From a virus (Duplodnaviria > Caudoviricetes), in IMG/VR virus record IMGVR_UViG_3300010052_000154, positions 11,827 to 75,826 of that record: a stretch of 64,000 nt of DNA, one strand, 5' to 3'. Positions 7,801 through 15,684 of this stretch are shown here, one piece after another (position 1 is the first letter of the stretch; each line of letters begins with the position of its first letter). The notes beneath the pieces are model-generated. The model searched no databases. It was not told where the DNA came from and worked only from the letters and a program-made list of their open reading frames with translations. The position numbers were made by a program, and so were the translations under genes.

Positions 7801-10003
7801 CTGGCAGCTTGTCCAAGCCGCTGCGTGCCAGATCCTGCTGTTTCTGCATCCGGGCGATGGCGACGGCCCGCTCGCGGTTCGTCTTCCCGATCAGGCTGCG
7901 CTCCAGCTCCAGCATCTCGATCTGGCGACGGAAGTCCGCGCCTTGGGCGATGATCTGCTCTTCCTTCTTCAGCCGGTTCAGCTTGTCCTGCGCGAACGCG
8001 AGGCGGATCACCTGCTCCGTCAGGGCAGCCTTCTCATTTCCGTTGGCCGCGTCGGCCTGGGCGATCATGCCCGCCAGGCGCGCTTCGTTGGCCATCCGCT
8101 CAGCGGCGTCGGCCGCGCTGACCGATCCGCTAACGACGGCGCGGTTGGCCCGCTCCTGCGCCGCGATCTGCTGCTCGAGCCCGAAGACGGTCTTGGCCGC
8201 GGCTTCGGCAGCCTTGGCAGCGTTGAGGTCGAGTTGTCGGCGCACGAACGCCTCAGCGTCGCCGCGCTTGGTGATCGCTTTCGAGGTTGCGTCAGCAGTC
8301 GCAGCGGCGCGCAGGGCCTCCGCTTCGCCAATCCGATAGGCGGCGGCGACCTTCAGCGCGCCTTCGGCGGCCGCGTCCATCGCGCGCGCCTCACGCTCCA
8401 ACTGCTCGGCATGGCGCGCGGCGGCCTTCGCGGCCGATTCCGCGGCGCTGGCGGCCTTGCTCGCCGCGCCGCTGGCGGCCGGGGTGTAGCGCTTCATAAT
8501 CGCGGCCTCGGCGTCCCGCTGGCGCGCCGCGCTGGGGATCAGGTCCGAGTTCGGGTTCGCCTTGCGGATCGCCTCGATGTCGGCGCGGTACTTCGCGATC
8601 TCGCTGCGCGCCTTGCTGACATTGTCGCCCATGCCGGCCCACGAGGTCCGCATGCGCTCGGCCGCGGCCACGCCGGCGTCCTGGACGCGCGCAGCCTCCC
8701 CGGCCGCCTTCTGTTGGGCGAGGGTCGCTTCCAGCGCCGCCTTCTGGGTCAGCAGATTGTTGCGGGTCGTCTTGTCCCGCTTCGCATACTCGCCGCCGAG
8801 CTGGTCGTTGATCAGGGCAAGCTTCTGCTCGACGCCTGCCGCCTTCCCGAAGTCCTTCAGCGCCTCCCAGGCGTCGCCGATCGCGCCGGTGACGCCCTTC
8901 CACGCCCGCTCCAGCAGACCGAGGTTGGCGGGCCCGATCTTCCCGAGGCCCTCGTAGATCGCCACGCTGGCCGCATACTGCGCGGCCTCGATGTCACCGC
9001 GGTCTTCCAGCGCCCGGATGTGCTCCAGCTGCGCCAGCGTCATGAGGTGGTGCTGATCGTTGAACTTGGTGGCGTAGTCGGCGACGCTATCGCCCATCTT
9101 GGCGAAGTCGGCCGCGACCTCAGCTGCCGATTTGCCGGTGTATTCCGACAGTTGCAGCGCGCTCTTCGACAGGACTTCAATAGACCTGGCGCTGAAGTCG
9201 CCTGTCGATACCAGGGTGGCGATGGCGCCGCGCGCCTTGCCGACCCCGACGTCGACGGCATCGGCCGAGCGCTTGGCCATGGCTTCGAGTTCGCCGGCCG
9301 TGGCGCCCGCGAAATTCCCGGTCACCGCAAGGGCGTTGGCGAAGCGGTTCGCATCCTTCTCGGCCGACAAGAACGCGCCGCCGAGCGTGCCGATCACTAT
9401 GGTGCCGATCGCGAACGGGCCCGCCTTGCCGAGCACGTTCATCGCCATGGTGCCCAGCTCGCCCAGGATAGCCTTGGTGCTCATCCCCCGCGCGCCAGCG
9501 GTCTGCAGGATGTCCCCGATCTGCGGAAGCTGCTGGATCGCGATCATCAGGGGGTTCATCCCCATCGCCGCGGTGACCCCGATGTCGGCGAACTGGCGCG
9601 AAAGGTTCAGGACCTCATGCGCCTGCAGCTTCGCGGCCTTGGCGCCAGCGACGTGGGCCTTCTCCATCGAGCCGAGCTGGCGGGTGTATTGGGTCGCGAA
9701 GTTGCGCTGCGCCGCGTCGTAGAAGTCCGCATAGGCGTTGGTGGCCGACTGGATCGCCTTGGTCTCCCTGACCAGGGCGGCAGTAGCGTCGTCATGCGCC
9801 GATCCGGCCGAGGCTGCTGCCTGCGTAAGCCGGCGCGTTTCGGCCGCGAGTTCCTTGTCGGCAGCGGTTAGCTTCTTCGCCGCGGTCTCCGCACGGCCGC
9901 CGGCATCCGCCATCTCGTTAAGGCGGGCGATTCCCGCCGGTACCGGGGTGGTGTCGATCTCGACCGCCAAGGAGGCGAGCGAAACTGCGCCGTCGTCGGC
10001 CAT
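4829..10003 (-). CDS. Tail tape measure protein (lambda gpH-like)
   Basis: 1724 aa, Ala-rich and helical. Has LSRQFADIGVTAAMGMNPLMIAIQQLPQI and ALAVTGNFAG motifs, a GEAGPEGILPL motif near the C-terminus, and lies downstream of the tail chaperones. Confidence 0.95.
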   Translation of the reverse strand: MADDGAVSLASLAVEIDTTPVPAGIARLNEMADAGGRAETAAKKLTAADKELAAETRRLTQAAASAGSAHDDATAALVRETKAIQSATNAYADFYDAAQRNFATQYTRQLGSMEKAHVAGAKAAKLQAHEVLNLSRQFADIGVTAAMGMNPLMIAIQQLPQIGDILQTAGARGMSTKAILGELGTMAMNVLGKAGPFAIGTIVIGTLGGAFLSAEKDANRFANALAVTGNFAGATAGELEAMAKRSADAVDVGVGKARGAIATLVSTGDFSARSIEVLSKSALQLSEYTGKSAAEVAADFAKMGDSVADYATKFNDQHHLMTLAQLEHIRALEDRGDIEAAQYAASVAIYEGLGKIGPANLGLLERAWKGVTGAIGDAWEALKDFGKAAGVEQKLALINDQLGGEYAKRDKTTRNNLLTQKAALEATLAQQKAAGEAARVQDAGVAAAERMRTSWAGMGDNVSKARSEIAKYRADIEAIRKANPNSDLIPSAARQRDAEAAIMKRYTPAASGAASKAASAAESAAKAAARHAEQLEREARAMDAAAEGALKVAAAYRIGEAEALRAAATADATSKAITKRGDAEAFVRRQLDLNAAKAAEAAAKTVFGLEQQIAAQERANRAVVSGSVSAADAAERMANEARLAGMIAQADAANGNEKAALTEQVIRLAFAQDKLNRLKKEEQIIAQGADFRRQIEMLELERSLIGKTNRERAVAIARMQKQQDLARSGLDKLPGAAALVDKAGEAAGLSNDVQRKADNYNASLDYTLDLLRQIADHAKDAGAKFTQAFEGMGEGAKRTAGTISGVIGAYSDLQAREEAIRRQREVAQFDQVKGSEAWMHAEVLAARESKKARVGAYGDMAAAGKSFFEQGSAGYKVMQAAEIAFRTVEMAMSIRAMAQQGVETATKMAAVGAEVAATGAGEAAKTAFTTAGTAVRTPLKVAEGAASMFAALGPLGFVAVGGMLAVMAGLGFSGGGRGSAPGAGDMEARQKAQGTGSVLGDSKAKSDSIAKSLEIVAANTNRDLEYSIGMLKALMSIDSGIGALAAAVARSLSAGGALDTSDLNLGKTSTGPGGLTRIFAPISNLLPGLFGTRTTRTLQDQGLQFGSQSLSDILSGGIKGQTYQQVLENTQKKFLGLSYSNKDKVTTTTGALDADLSKQITDLIGSLKRGVLDAAGILGVTGAEATLDAFKVELGKMSFKDMSGAEIKEALNAIFGKLGDDLAATAIPELTVLQKVGEGAFETLARVARQYQVVDVSLKSIGMTFGAVGVSSLKARERLVDLAGGIDEFADQVRSFAETYLTDVERMAPIQRAVAEELARLNLTSVKTKDQFKNIVLGLDLTTEAGAQMYAALMALAPAFAKVIDFQTEGSKAVQDARDAVQVAYDRETEAAERMRDKFLDLAKSMRDLDKDLEALMDRTPAEAANRSADEFASILQKARAGDADAMGQLAGVTQNYAEALKGSARSRLEYDLGLAAARDGVRATEQAANRQVGVAEQQLAAAKAMVAGILTVNDSVLSLAAAVANYRAAQQAQAVTPAPVTPMPTAPPPANDNPTPTPRAPDWDSYVQHYTDVRAEGERLLATADRNSPWFKQHGLDKGVAGFGEWHWNNKGKGEGRTPYAAGGLMDRPITLGESGIGGEAGPEGILPLANVGGKMGVHAVMGREDSRQLAQMLGEMQRMNAALVAIARSNHEMNKNIRRILNEGISVHGAQPGDPVPTKAAA

Positions 10004-10032
10004 GGCTCGCCTCCTTTCATTGTGGATGTGTG

Positions 10033-10430
10033 CTAGTCGGCCCCCGGACTGCTGGCCGGAGCCATCTGCTCGGCCATCGAGCCGATCCAGAGATTGTCGA
10101 TGTCTATGAGCGCCCGGCGCTCCCAGTATTCGAGGCGCTGGGCCTCATCTGCTTCCCAGAGCCGGATATCGAGCCGCGTCAGGCGACATGGCCCCATAGC
10201 GCCGGTCTGACGGGTCCGGCTCAACTCAAGGAAATATCGCCAGACGTGGAGCGCCTGGCGCGGGCAGTCCTGAGCGGCGGCGAGTTCGGCCTTGGCCTCC
10301 GGGTCGCCGGCCCGCGCGAGAACCGCGAGGTGGTCGCGCCGCCGCGCCTTCAGGTCGCCCTCACCCTCGATTGCATCGAGAGCGAAGGCGGCCTTCGCGA
10401 AGGCAAGTAGTCGCTGCGTCAGACCTTGAT
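10033..10430 (-). CDS. Tail assembly chaperone, gpT-like part of the G-T frameshift fusion
   Basis: Lies in the -1 frame relative to the gpG-like ORF, entered at the slippery heptamer. Contains VWRYFLELSRTRQTGAMG...W..E.RALIDID motifs. Confidence 0.75.
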
Positions 10431-10871
10431 AAAATTTTCCAGGCGACGCGACTGCGCCAGGACTTGGCCGGCGACATGCGAGTTCGACTGGCAAAGGGCC
10501 AGCGCCCTCGCGGGTGTGAATTCCTCCTGGATGCCGCGCCACCCGACCAGGCGGACGGCCGCGAGTTTCTGACCGAGCACCGTGCTTTCCTCCACCGGCT
10601 CAACCGCCTCGATCGCCGAGGTCGCGCTCGCCTCACGCTGGGCGGCCGTCCGACGCTGCTCGTTCAACAGTTCGTTGGACGCGCTGCGGACGCGTTCCGA
10701 GTGCTCGCCGAGGACTGAGAAGAAGATCGACGTCGCATTGCCACGAGGGCCGACATAGTTGAACTCGAACGCTTCCTCGCTGTGCTGGCGCGCGTTCAGC
10801 GCGTCGAGCGAGATCAGTTGGACCTCGTCAGGGGCCGCCGTGTTGTTGCCGGCGGTGTTGGTGCTGGTCAT
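10419..10871 (-). CDS. Tail assembly chaperone, gpG-like
   Basis: Located between tail tube and TMP; ends ...LENFIKV with a slippery site in the last codons. Confidence 0.8.
   Translation of the reverse strand: MTSTNTAGNNTAAPDEVQLISLDALNARQHSEEAFEFNYVGPRGNATSIFFSVLGEHSERVRSASNELLNEQRRTAAQREASATSAIEAVEPVEESTVLGQKLAAVRLVGWRGIQEEFTPARALALCQSNSHVAGQVLAQSRRLENFIKV
10431..10437 (-). other. -1 programmed ribosomal frameshift heptamer A-AAT-TTT
   Basis: Minus strand reads CTG GAA AAT TTT ATC, an X XXY YYZ pattern in the gpG frame. A -1 slip continues as Y-Q-G-L-T-Q-R in the long overlapping ORF. Confidence 0.8.
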
Positions 10872-10884
10872 GGGATTTGCCTTT

Positions 10885-10909
10885 AAAAAGCAGGCGGGTG
10901 CGACCCGCC
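10885..10909 (-). terminator. Intrinsic terminator-like hairpin after the tail tube gene
   Basis: GGCGGGT-CGC-ACCCGCC followed by TGCTTTTT on the minus strand. Confidence 0.55.
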
Positions 10910-10941
10910 CTTGAAGTTGGTGGGGTGGGTGCAGGCGGGCC

Positions 10942-12168
10942 TTAGGCCTCGCTGTCCTGGTGGCTGAAGATCGTCTGCTCGGTGGCCTGGCCCGCGCCCC
11001 CCGCGCCGTTGAGCTGGGCGGTGAACGGGTAGGTCCGGATGATCTCCTTCTCCCCGTCGTCCGCAGCGTCCCCGAACAGCTTCACGGCCGGGATGACGAA
11101 GGTCATGAAGGGAGAGGCCGCCGACGCATCGACGGGAAGCACGAGCAGCAGGCTGATCGTGGTCTGATCGTCGTAGACCTGCTGCAGGTCGGAGTTCCGG
11201 AACTTGGCGGTGAAGGACCCGCTGACCTTGATCCGGCCGCGCTGGACGTCGGTGCCGACGTTCGTACCCGCCTCGGGCTCACCCTGCCCGATGCCGCCGT
11301 CGATGGTGATCTGGAAGCCGGTCACCGTGGTCGCGACACCGTTGACGATGACCACGCCCGTGACCATGCCGACGACGCCGGTCGTGGCTTCGGCGGCCGG
11401 CGCGGTCAGGACCTGGACGTCTCCGCGGACGCGGTCCAGCGCGACGAACTCGATGCCGAGCGTGGAGTTGCCGGTGGCCGGCAGGCCGATGTTGATCGTG
11501 CCGGTCTTGGTGTTGATCGCCATCGACGACTTGCCGAGGTCGCTGAAGAACTCCTCGAACGTGAACCAGTCGTCGGTGTGGCCGCTGGTCGGCGCCCAGG
11601 TCTTCTTGCCGATCACCGTCGCGGTGCAGCCGGCGATGGCGCTCTCGGCGACCATGGCCACACCGTTCACCGGCCGCACCGTCGCGATCGTCGCGGTCAG
11701 CGCGATGATCAGGAGGTTCTTGTTGAGGTTGGCCGCGTTGAGCGGGCCGGCCGACAGGCGGATGACGTCGCCGATCTTGAAGCCGTCTGTGAGGTAGGAA
11801 CCGGCCGCCCGGGTGACGGTGAAGGCCCCCGCGTTGCCGGCCGCCGCTGCGATGGTCAGCGACATCGCCGTGGCGTTGGGGCCAGCAACCACGGCCTTGC
11901 GGAGCGCCGCGGCGAAGAAGTCGATGTAGGTCTTCGGCGAGAGGAGACCGTCCAGCGTGCCGGCGACGCGCTTCTGCCCGGCCGTGGCGCCCGTCGACTG
12001 CTGGTGCGAGACGATCTCGTCGTTCTCGTAAGTGTCGCGGGTCAGGTTGAAGACGCCGGTCCGGCGGCGCAGCAACTGGCCGCCCGCGCCGCTGGCGGGC
12101 GCGCCGTTCCCGGTTTGCTTCTTGTAGGCAAGGGTCTTCTTGATCCCCTGCGCGACAGTGTCGGACAT
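10942..12168 (-). CDS. Major tail (tube) protein
   Basis: 408 aa with LLRRRTGVFNL..DTYENDEI, GSFTAKF and FVIPAVKL motifs; position between tail terminator and chaperones. Confidence 0.85.
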   Translation of the reverse strand: MSDTVAQGIKKTLAYKKQTGNGAPASGAGGQLLRRRTGVFNLTRDTYENDEIVSHQQSTGATAGQKRVAGTLDGLLSPKTYIDFFAAALRKAVVAGPNATAMSLTIAAAAGNAGAFTVTRAAGSYLTDGFKIGDVIRLSAGPLNAANLNKNLLIIALTATIATVRPVNGVAMVAESAIAGCTATVIGKKTWAPTSGHTDDWFTFEEFFSDLGKSSMAINTKTGTINIGLPATGNSTLGIEFVALDRVRGDVQVLTAPAAEATTGVVGMVTGVVIVNGVATTVTGFQITIDGGIGQGEPEAGTNVGTDVQRGRIKVSGSFTAKFRNSDLQQVYDDQTTISLLLVLPVDASAASPFMTFVIPAVKLFGDAADDGEKEIIRTYPFTAQLNGAGGAGQATEQTIFSHQDSEA

Positions 12169-12240
12169 GGAATGGTCCTCCGATCAGATTGTTGGGGGTA
12201 GTTCAGACGGACCGGGGACCGGCCGTGGCAGCGGCGCGGA

Positions 12241-12669
12241 TCAGGCGCTGATGTGGGCGTAGAAGGGGCAGCGCACCGGAAGGCAGTCGCGACCCTGGTG
12301 CGCGTAGGCCGGCAGGAGCTCGGCGGTCTTGTCGATGGTCACGGTGGCGCCCGGGGCGCTGAAACTGGCGGTGCGCCGGAAGGTCTGTCGCAGCATGTCC
12401 GCGCGGCTCTCCAGCAGCGCCTGGCCCGTCGGAACAGCCGTGCCCGGCGCGGGGTAGCAGAGGGTGACCTGGAAGAGCCCGATCTCCGTCCAGGAGGCCG
12501 AGTTCTCGTTGTTCGCTGGCCGGTTCCAGATGATGTGGGCGAGCTGATACGGCTCGTCGGCCGGAAAGACCGTGGCGTCGAAAGGATCGCGCTGCCAGAC
12601 CGTCCTGATCGGTGGCGCGATACCGTCGAGGGCGAGCTCAAGAGCTGCACGGATGGCGACGAGGCTCAT
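12241..12669 (-). CDS. Tail terminator / tail completion protein
   Basis: IRAALELAL...GLFQVTLCYP....G......RAD.LR..F pattern; position in the neck module. Confidence 0.7.
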   Translation of the reverse strand: MSLVAIRAALELALDGIAPPIRTVWQRDPFDATVFPADEPYQLAHIIWNRPANNENSASWTEIGLFQVTLCYPAPGTAVPTGQALLESRADMLRQTFRRTASFSAPGATVTIDKTAELLPAYAHQGRDCLPVRCPFYAHISA

Positions 12670-13112
12670 TTCGACCTCGCCTTCTTCACCGCGTCGTCGG
12701 TGATCCCTTTGAAGTCCTGGACGGTGAGACCGACCATGCCGTGGGGGGCCTGGCTGGAGTGACCGCGCTCCAGCGGCCAGGCGTACGGCAGGTTGTTCTG
12801 GATGTAGTGGACGGAGCCGGCCGCCTTCACAGGCAGGTCCGACGTGTTCTGAAGCACGGCGGCGTAGCGCACGGCGACGTCCGCCCCTTGGTAGATCGCG
12901 GCGGCGACCTCCGGCTCCGGGCCGGTCGTCAGTCCGCGCTCCAACTGGTCGAGGCTGTAGAACCAGTTGCCCCGGAAGCGCCCCGTATCGACCGGCGATC
13001 GGTAGATCAGGCGGTTGGCGACCTCCAGGACAACCTCGCGCACGGCCACGTCGGCTCGCTCGCCGGCGTCCTTCGCGAATTGTCGGAGGGCCAGCTCGAA
13101 CGGCCCGGCCAT
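12666..13112 (-). CDS. HK97 gp10-like neck protein
   Basis: SPVDTGRFRGNW and NNLPYAWPLERGHSSQAPHGMV motifs. Confidence 0.85.
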   Translation of the reverse strand: MAGPFELALRQFAKDAGERADVAVREVVLEVANRLIYRSPVDTGRFRGNWFYSLDQLERGLTTGPEPEVAAAIYQGADVAVRYAAVLQNTSDLPVKAAGSVHYIQNNLPYAWPLERGHSSQAPHGMVGLTVQDFKGITDDAVKKARSK

Positions 13113-13507
13113 CAGGCTCGCAACTGCAAGAAGAAGTGGATGGCCAGGCCGGCCGGCTCGAAGCCTTCTACGTCCAGGATCCGGCGGCTCGCGCCCGAGG
13201 CGTAGACCAGCCTCATCCCCGAAACTGGCGGCGTGATCGGCTGACCATCGACGCCCAGCGCCGACAGCATGAACATGCGATCCGTCGCCAGGATCTTGGT
13301 CCCGTCGATCTCGCGCAGGCTGTACTTCAGTTCCAGCCCACAGGCCGCCAGCTCCTCGGGCGCGAGCGGCGCGCCGGATCCGGTCGCGGGGTTGTAAGGC
13401 GCGTGGCCCGCCTTGATCAGGCCGACCGCCTGGCCCTTGCCGCCCTGCGCGATGGGCCGAAGGATGCGATGGGCCGCCTCGCGGGCCCGGACGTCGTAGG
13501 CGCTCAA
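13112..13507 (-). CDS. Head closure / head-tail joining protein
   Basis: REIDGTKILATDR and P.GLAIHFFLQLR motifs; synteny with neighbouring neck genes. Confidence 0.75.
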   Translation of the reverse strand: MSAYDVRAREAAHRILRPIAQGGKGQAVGLIKAGHAPYNPATGSGAPLAPEELAACGLELKYSLREIDGTKILATDRMFMLSALGVDGQPITPPVSGMRLVYASGASRRILDVEGFEPAGLAIHFFLQLRA

Positions 13508-14034
13508 CAGCGCACCACGCCGACGACGGAGGTGCTGCCGCCGCGCTTTAGGAGCGGGGCAAGCGCGAGATCAATCGCCGTGAAGCGCGGCGCGACCGGC
13601 GTGTTCTTGTCATACGTCGTCGAGATCGGCCCAACGGTCTCGCTCAAGATCGCGCGGGTCTGATCGGGGATGAGTTCGACGCCGGCGCCGAGGCGAAGCA
13701 TCAGCTCCGACTGCGCGTCGCCAACTTCGCGCGGCACGAAGTTGGCGGGGTAGTAGGCCACGCTCGCCCCGTAGCCGGTCGGCGCGTCCTTGATCGGAAC
13801 CAGGGTGCGCGGCCAGTCGAGCGCCTGGGCCAGGCTGACCCGCTGACCGGCCCAGCGCATCCGATAGCGCTGGGTCATCGCCGCCGTCGCGCGCCGGGCG
13901 TCCTGCTCAAGCTGCTGGTCCGACTTGCCCGCGTAGCTGAAGCCCATGGCGTCGCAGTACGCCTTGTGGTCAGCCACGGAGCGGTAGGCCTCGGCGTTGA
14001 CCAGGCCGGAGCCGTTCTCGACGATGAGGGCCAT
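13504..14034 (-). CDS. Head-tail adaptor (family often auto-labelled DnaT-like)
   Basis: MALIVENGSGLVNAEAY, QALDWPR and ETVGPISTTY motifs. Confidence 0.8.
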   Translation of the reverse strand: MALIVENGSGLVNAEAYRSVADHKAYCDAMGFSYAGKSDQQLEQDARRATAAMTQRYRMRWAGQRVSLAQALDWPRTLVPIKDAPTGYGASVAYYPANFVPREVGDAQSELMLRLGAGVELIPDQTRAILSETVGPISTTYDKNTPVAPRFTAIDLALAPLLKRGGSTSVVGVVRC

Positions 14035-14219
14035 CAGTCTTCGAGCTCCACCAAGAGGTCCGCCGCGTAAGTTTCGAGGAGCGGGCGAGCGCTCTGGATC
14101 GCGCTCTGCAGTTCATCCAGAGCCAAGCGCCGAACCAGAGGGTCGGAGACGCCCTCGACAGCGTTGGAAAGCGATAAGACTGCGACGAGTTGGGCCTTTA
14201 GCTCCTGCACCTCGGTCAC
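14034..14219 (-). CDS. Small helical hypothetical protein (61 aa)
   Basis: GTG at 14219 overlaps the upstream stop (GTGA), and its stop overlaps the adaptor ATG. Confidence 0.5.
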   Translation of the reverse strand: MTEVQELKAQLVAVLSLSNAVEGVSDPLVRRLALDELQSAIQSARPLLETYAADLLVELED

Positions 14220-14647
14220 CTGGCCGCCCCCACCATCGCGATGCCGCGAATGGTCTGAAGCTTCTCCTCGAACCACGCTTGGCGGGCCGAACCCGAGAGA
14301 TCGTCGTGCCACATGCGGACCGTGCCGTCGGCGGTCACCACGATCACAGCAGTGAGGACGCCTGCCCCCATCGCGTCCTGCGCTGATCGCAGAACCCTAC
14401 GCTGGGCCAAGCTCTCGTCCGCTAGATCGCGATCGATGAAATCCCCCCCCTCGACGTCGGCCGGGATCTGAGGCGCTTCGGGGAGCCGCCGACGCCAGTC
14501 ATTCGGGCTGTGGTCCACCGGCACATTGCAGGAGGCGCACTCCACCGCGCCGTCAGCGCGCAGGTAGTGCGTCAGACACCCGCACGGGCATCGAAGGATA
14601 AGCGCCGGGTCGATCCGCGCGGGAAAGTCGACGACGTTGTTCGACAT
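14216..14647 (-). CDS. Cys4 zinc-binding hypothetical protein
   Basis: Start MSNNVVDFPARID at 14647; contains CPCGC...CASC. Confidence 0.6.
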   Translation of the reverse strand: MSNNVVDFPARIDPALILRCPCGCLTHYLRADGAVECASCNVPVDHSPNDWRRRLPEAPQIPADVEGGDFIDRDLADESLAQRRVLRSAQDAMGAGVLTAVIVVTADGTVRMWHDDLSGSARQAWFEEKLQTIRGIAMVGAAR

Positions 14648-14651
14648 TCGA

Positions 14652-14966
14652 CTAGGCCAGCGCCTTCGCCGCCACCTTCGAGCCCACCGGCGCCATGAGC
14701 GGCTGGCTCCACTGGCCCGCCGCGATAGGCACTGCAGCCGAGGTCGCCGCGCCTTCGGCGGTAGCGGCGGCGTCAGGCGTTGGGCCGAACGCCACCAGGA
14801 CCGCGCTGGCCTCGGCGTTGAAGACGAGGATAGCCTCGCCGTCCCGGCTGGCGCCGGTCGTGGTGCCGTCCAGCGCCAAGGCCTCGCGCGCCCGCACCGC
14901 CCCAATGCCGGGCGCATGGATCGAACCAACGCCCTTAGGCGTGAAGAAGGTCACGTGCACGGCCAC
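14652..14966 (-). CDS. Small virion or head-associated hypothetical protein
   Basis: 104-aa Ala/Gly-rich, beta-type ORF in the head module with an upstream RBS (AGGAG). Confidence 0.6.
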   Translation of the reverse strand: MAVHVTFFTPKGVGSIHAPGIGAVRAREALALDGTTTGASRDGEAILVFNAEASAVLVAFGPTPDAAATAEGAATSAAVPIAAGQWSQPLMAPVGSKVAAKALA

Positions 14967-14995
14967 GGGCGGCTCCTAGTGCTGACGGGTGGGGC

Positions 14996-15583
14996 TTAAG
15001 CTTCGTCGCCGACCAGCGGGCGGCCCCGCTTCTGGCGCTCGGCGTTACGCTGGGCCAGGAGATCGGCCTTCGACGCCTTCGGGTCGAACTCGATCTCCAT
15101 GGCGGCGAGATCGGCCTGGATCTCGGCGACGGTCAGCTTGGCGGTGCGCGCGTGGGCTTCGTCGCTGTAGTCGTGCTTGGACGCCGGCGGGAGTTGCTGG
15201 CCGTCGGCCGTGGCGCCGCTGACCTGGTGGCCCGGCTCGGCATGTCCGGTCCGTTCGTCGACGGCGGTCGTCACCGCAGCGGCCTCGAGCGCGGCGGTCA
15301 GTTCGGTGATCTTTTGATCGCGAGCCTCGATCTGCTGGTCGCGCTCAGCGATGGTCGCGGACAGCTCTGCGATCTTCGCCGTCAGCGTCTCGAGCTCCTC
15401 GTCACGCAGTTCGACGGCGGTGCTGGTCGCGGACAGGCCCGCGATCAAGTCGAATGGCCCTTCGCCCGCCGGCAGGCGCTCGCCTTCGAGCAACTCGTGG
15501 ACGTCCGGATCGTAGTCCGCGACGTTGATAGTGACGAAGGCGCCCTGGCCCTTGCCCCAGGGCTTCACGTTGATGGTGCGCAT
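14996..15583 (-). CDS. Coiled-coil protein with C-terminal HeH/LEM-like domain
   Basis: Heptad stretch LETLTAKIAEL...; C-terminal LTVAEIQADLAAMEIEFDPKASKADLL. Confidence 0.7.
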   Translation of the reverse strand: MRTINVKPWGKGQGAFVTINVADYDPDVHELLEGERLPAGEGPFDLIAGLSATSTAVELRDEELETLTAKIAELSATIAERDQQIEARDQKITELTAALEAAAVTTAVDERTGHAEPGHQVSGATADGQQLPPASKHDYSDEAHARTAKLTVAEIQADLAAMEIEFDPKASKADLLAQRNAERQKRGRPLVGDEA

Positions 15584-15637
15584 GTCGGGGTGCTCCCTGT
15601 TTCCTCAGAGCGGCCTGCGGGTTGCGGGCGGCTGTGA

Positions 15638-15668
15638 CGAAACAGGGCCGGCGGTGACGCCGGCCCTG
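15638..15668 (-). terminator. Intrinsic terminator after the capsid gene
   Basis: 11-bp stem CAGGGCCGGCG/CGCCGGCCCTG with 4-nt loop, then TTTCG on the minus strand. Confidence 0.7.
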
Positions 15669-15684
15669 CTGAAGGTCGGTCGGC

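Noticed and set aside
4874-9871. Very long plus-strand ORFs (971 aa, 642 aa) opposite the tape measure gene, and similar ones at 20821-23448, 34332-36041 and 10960-12201
   Set aside because: They are antisense shadows of high-GC coding genes, with no motifs or RBS, and fully overlap well-supported minus-strand genes.
13504-14034. Primosomal DnaT
   Set aside because: Position between head and neck genes and its motifs indicate the head-tail adaptor family that is merely labelled DnaT-like.
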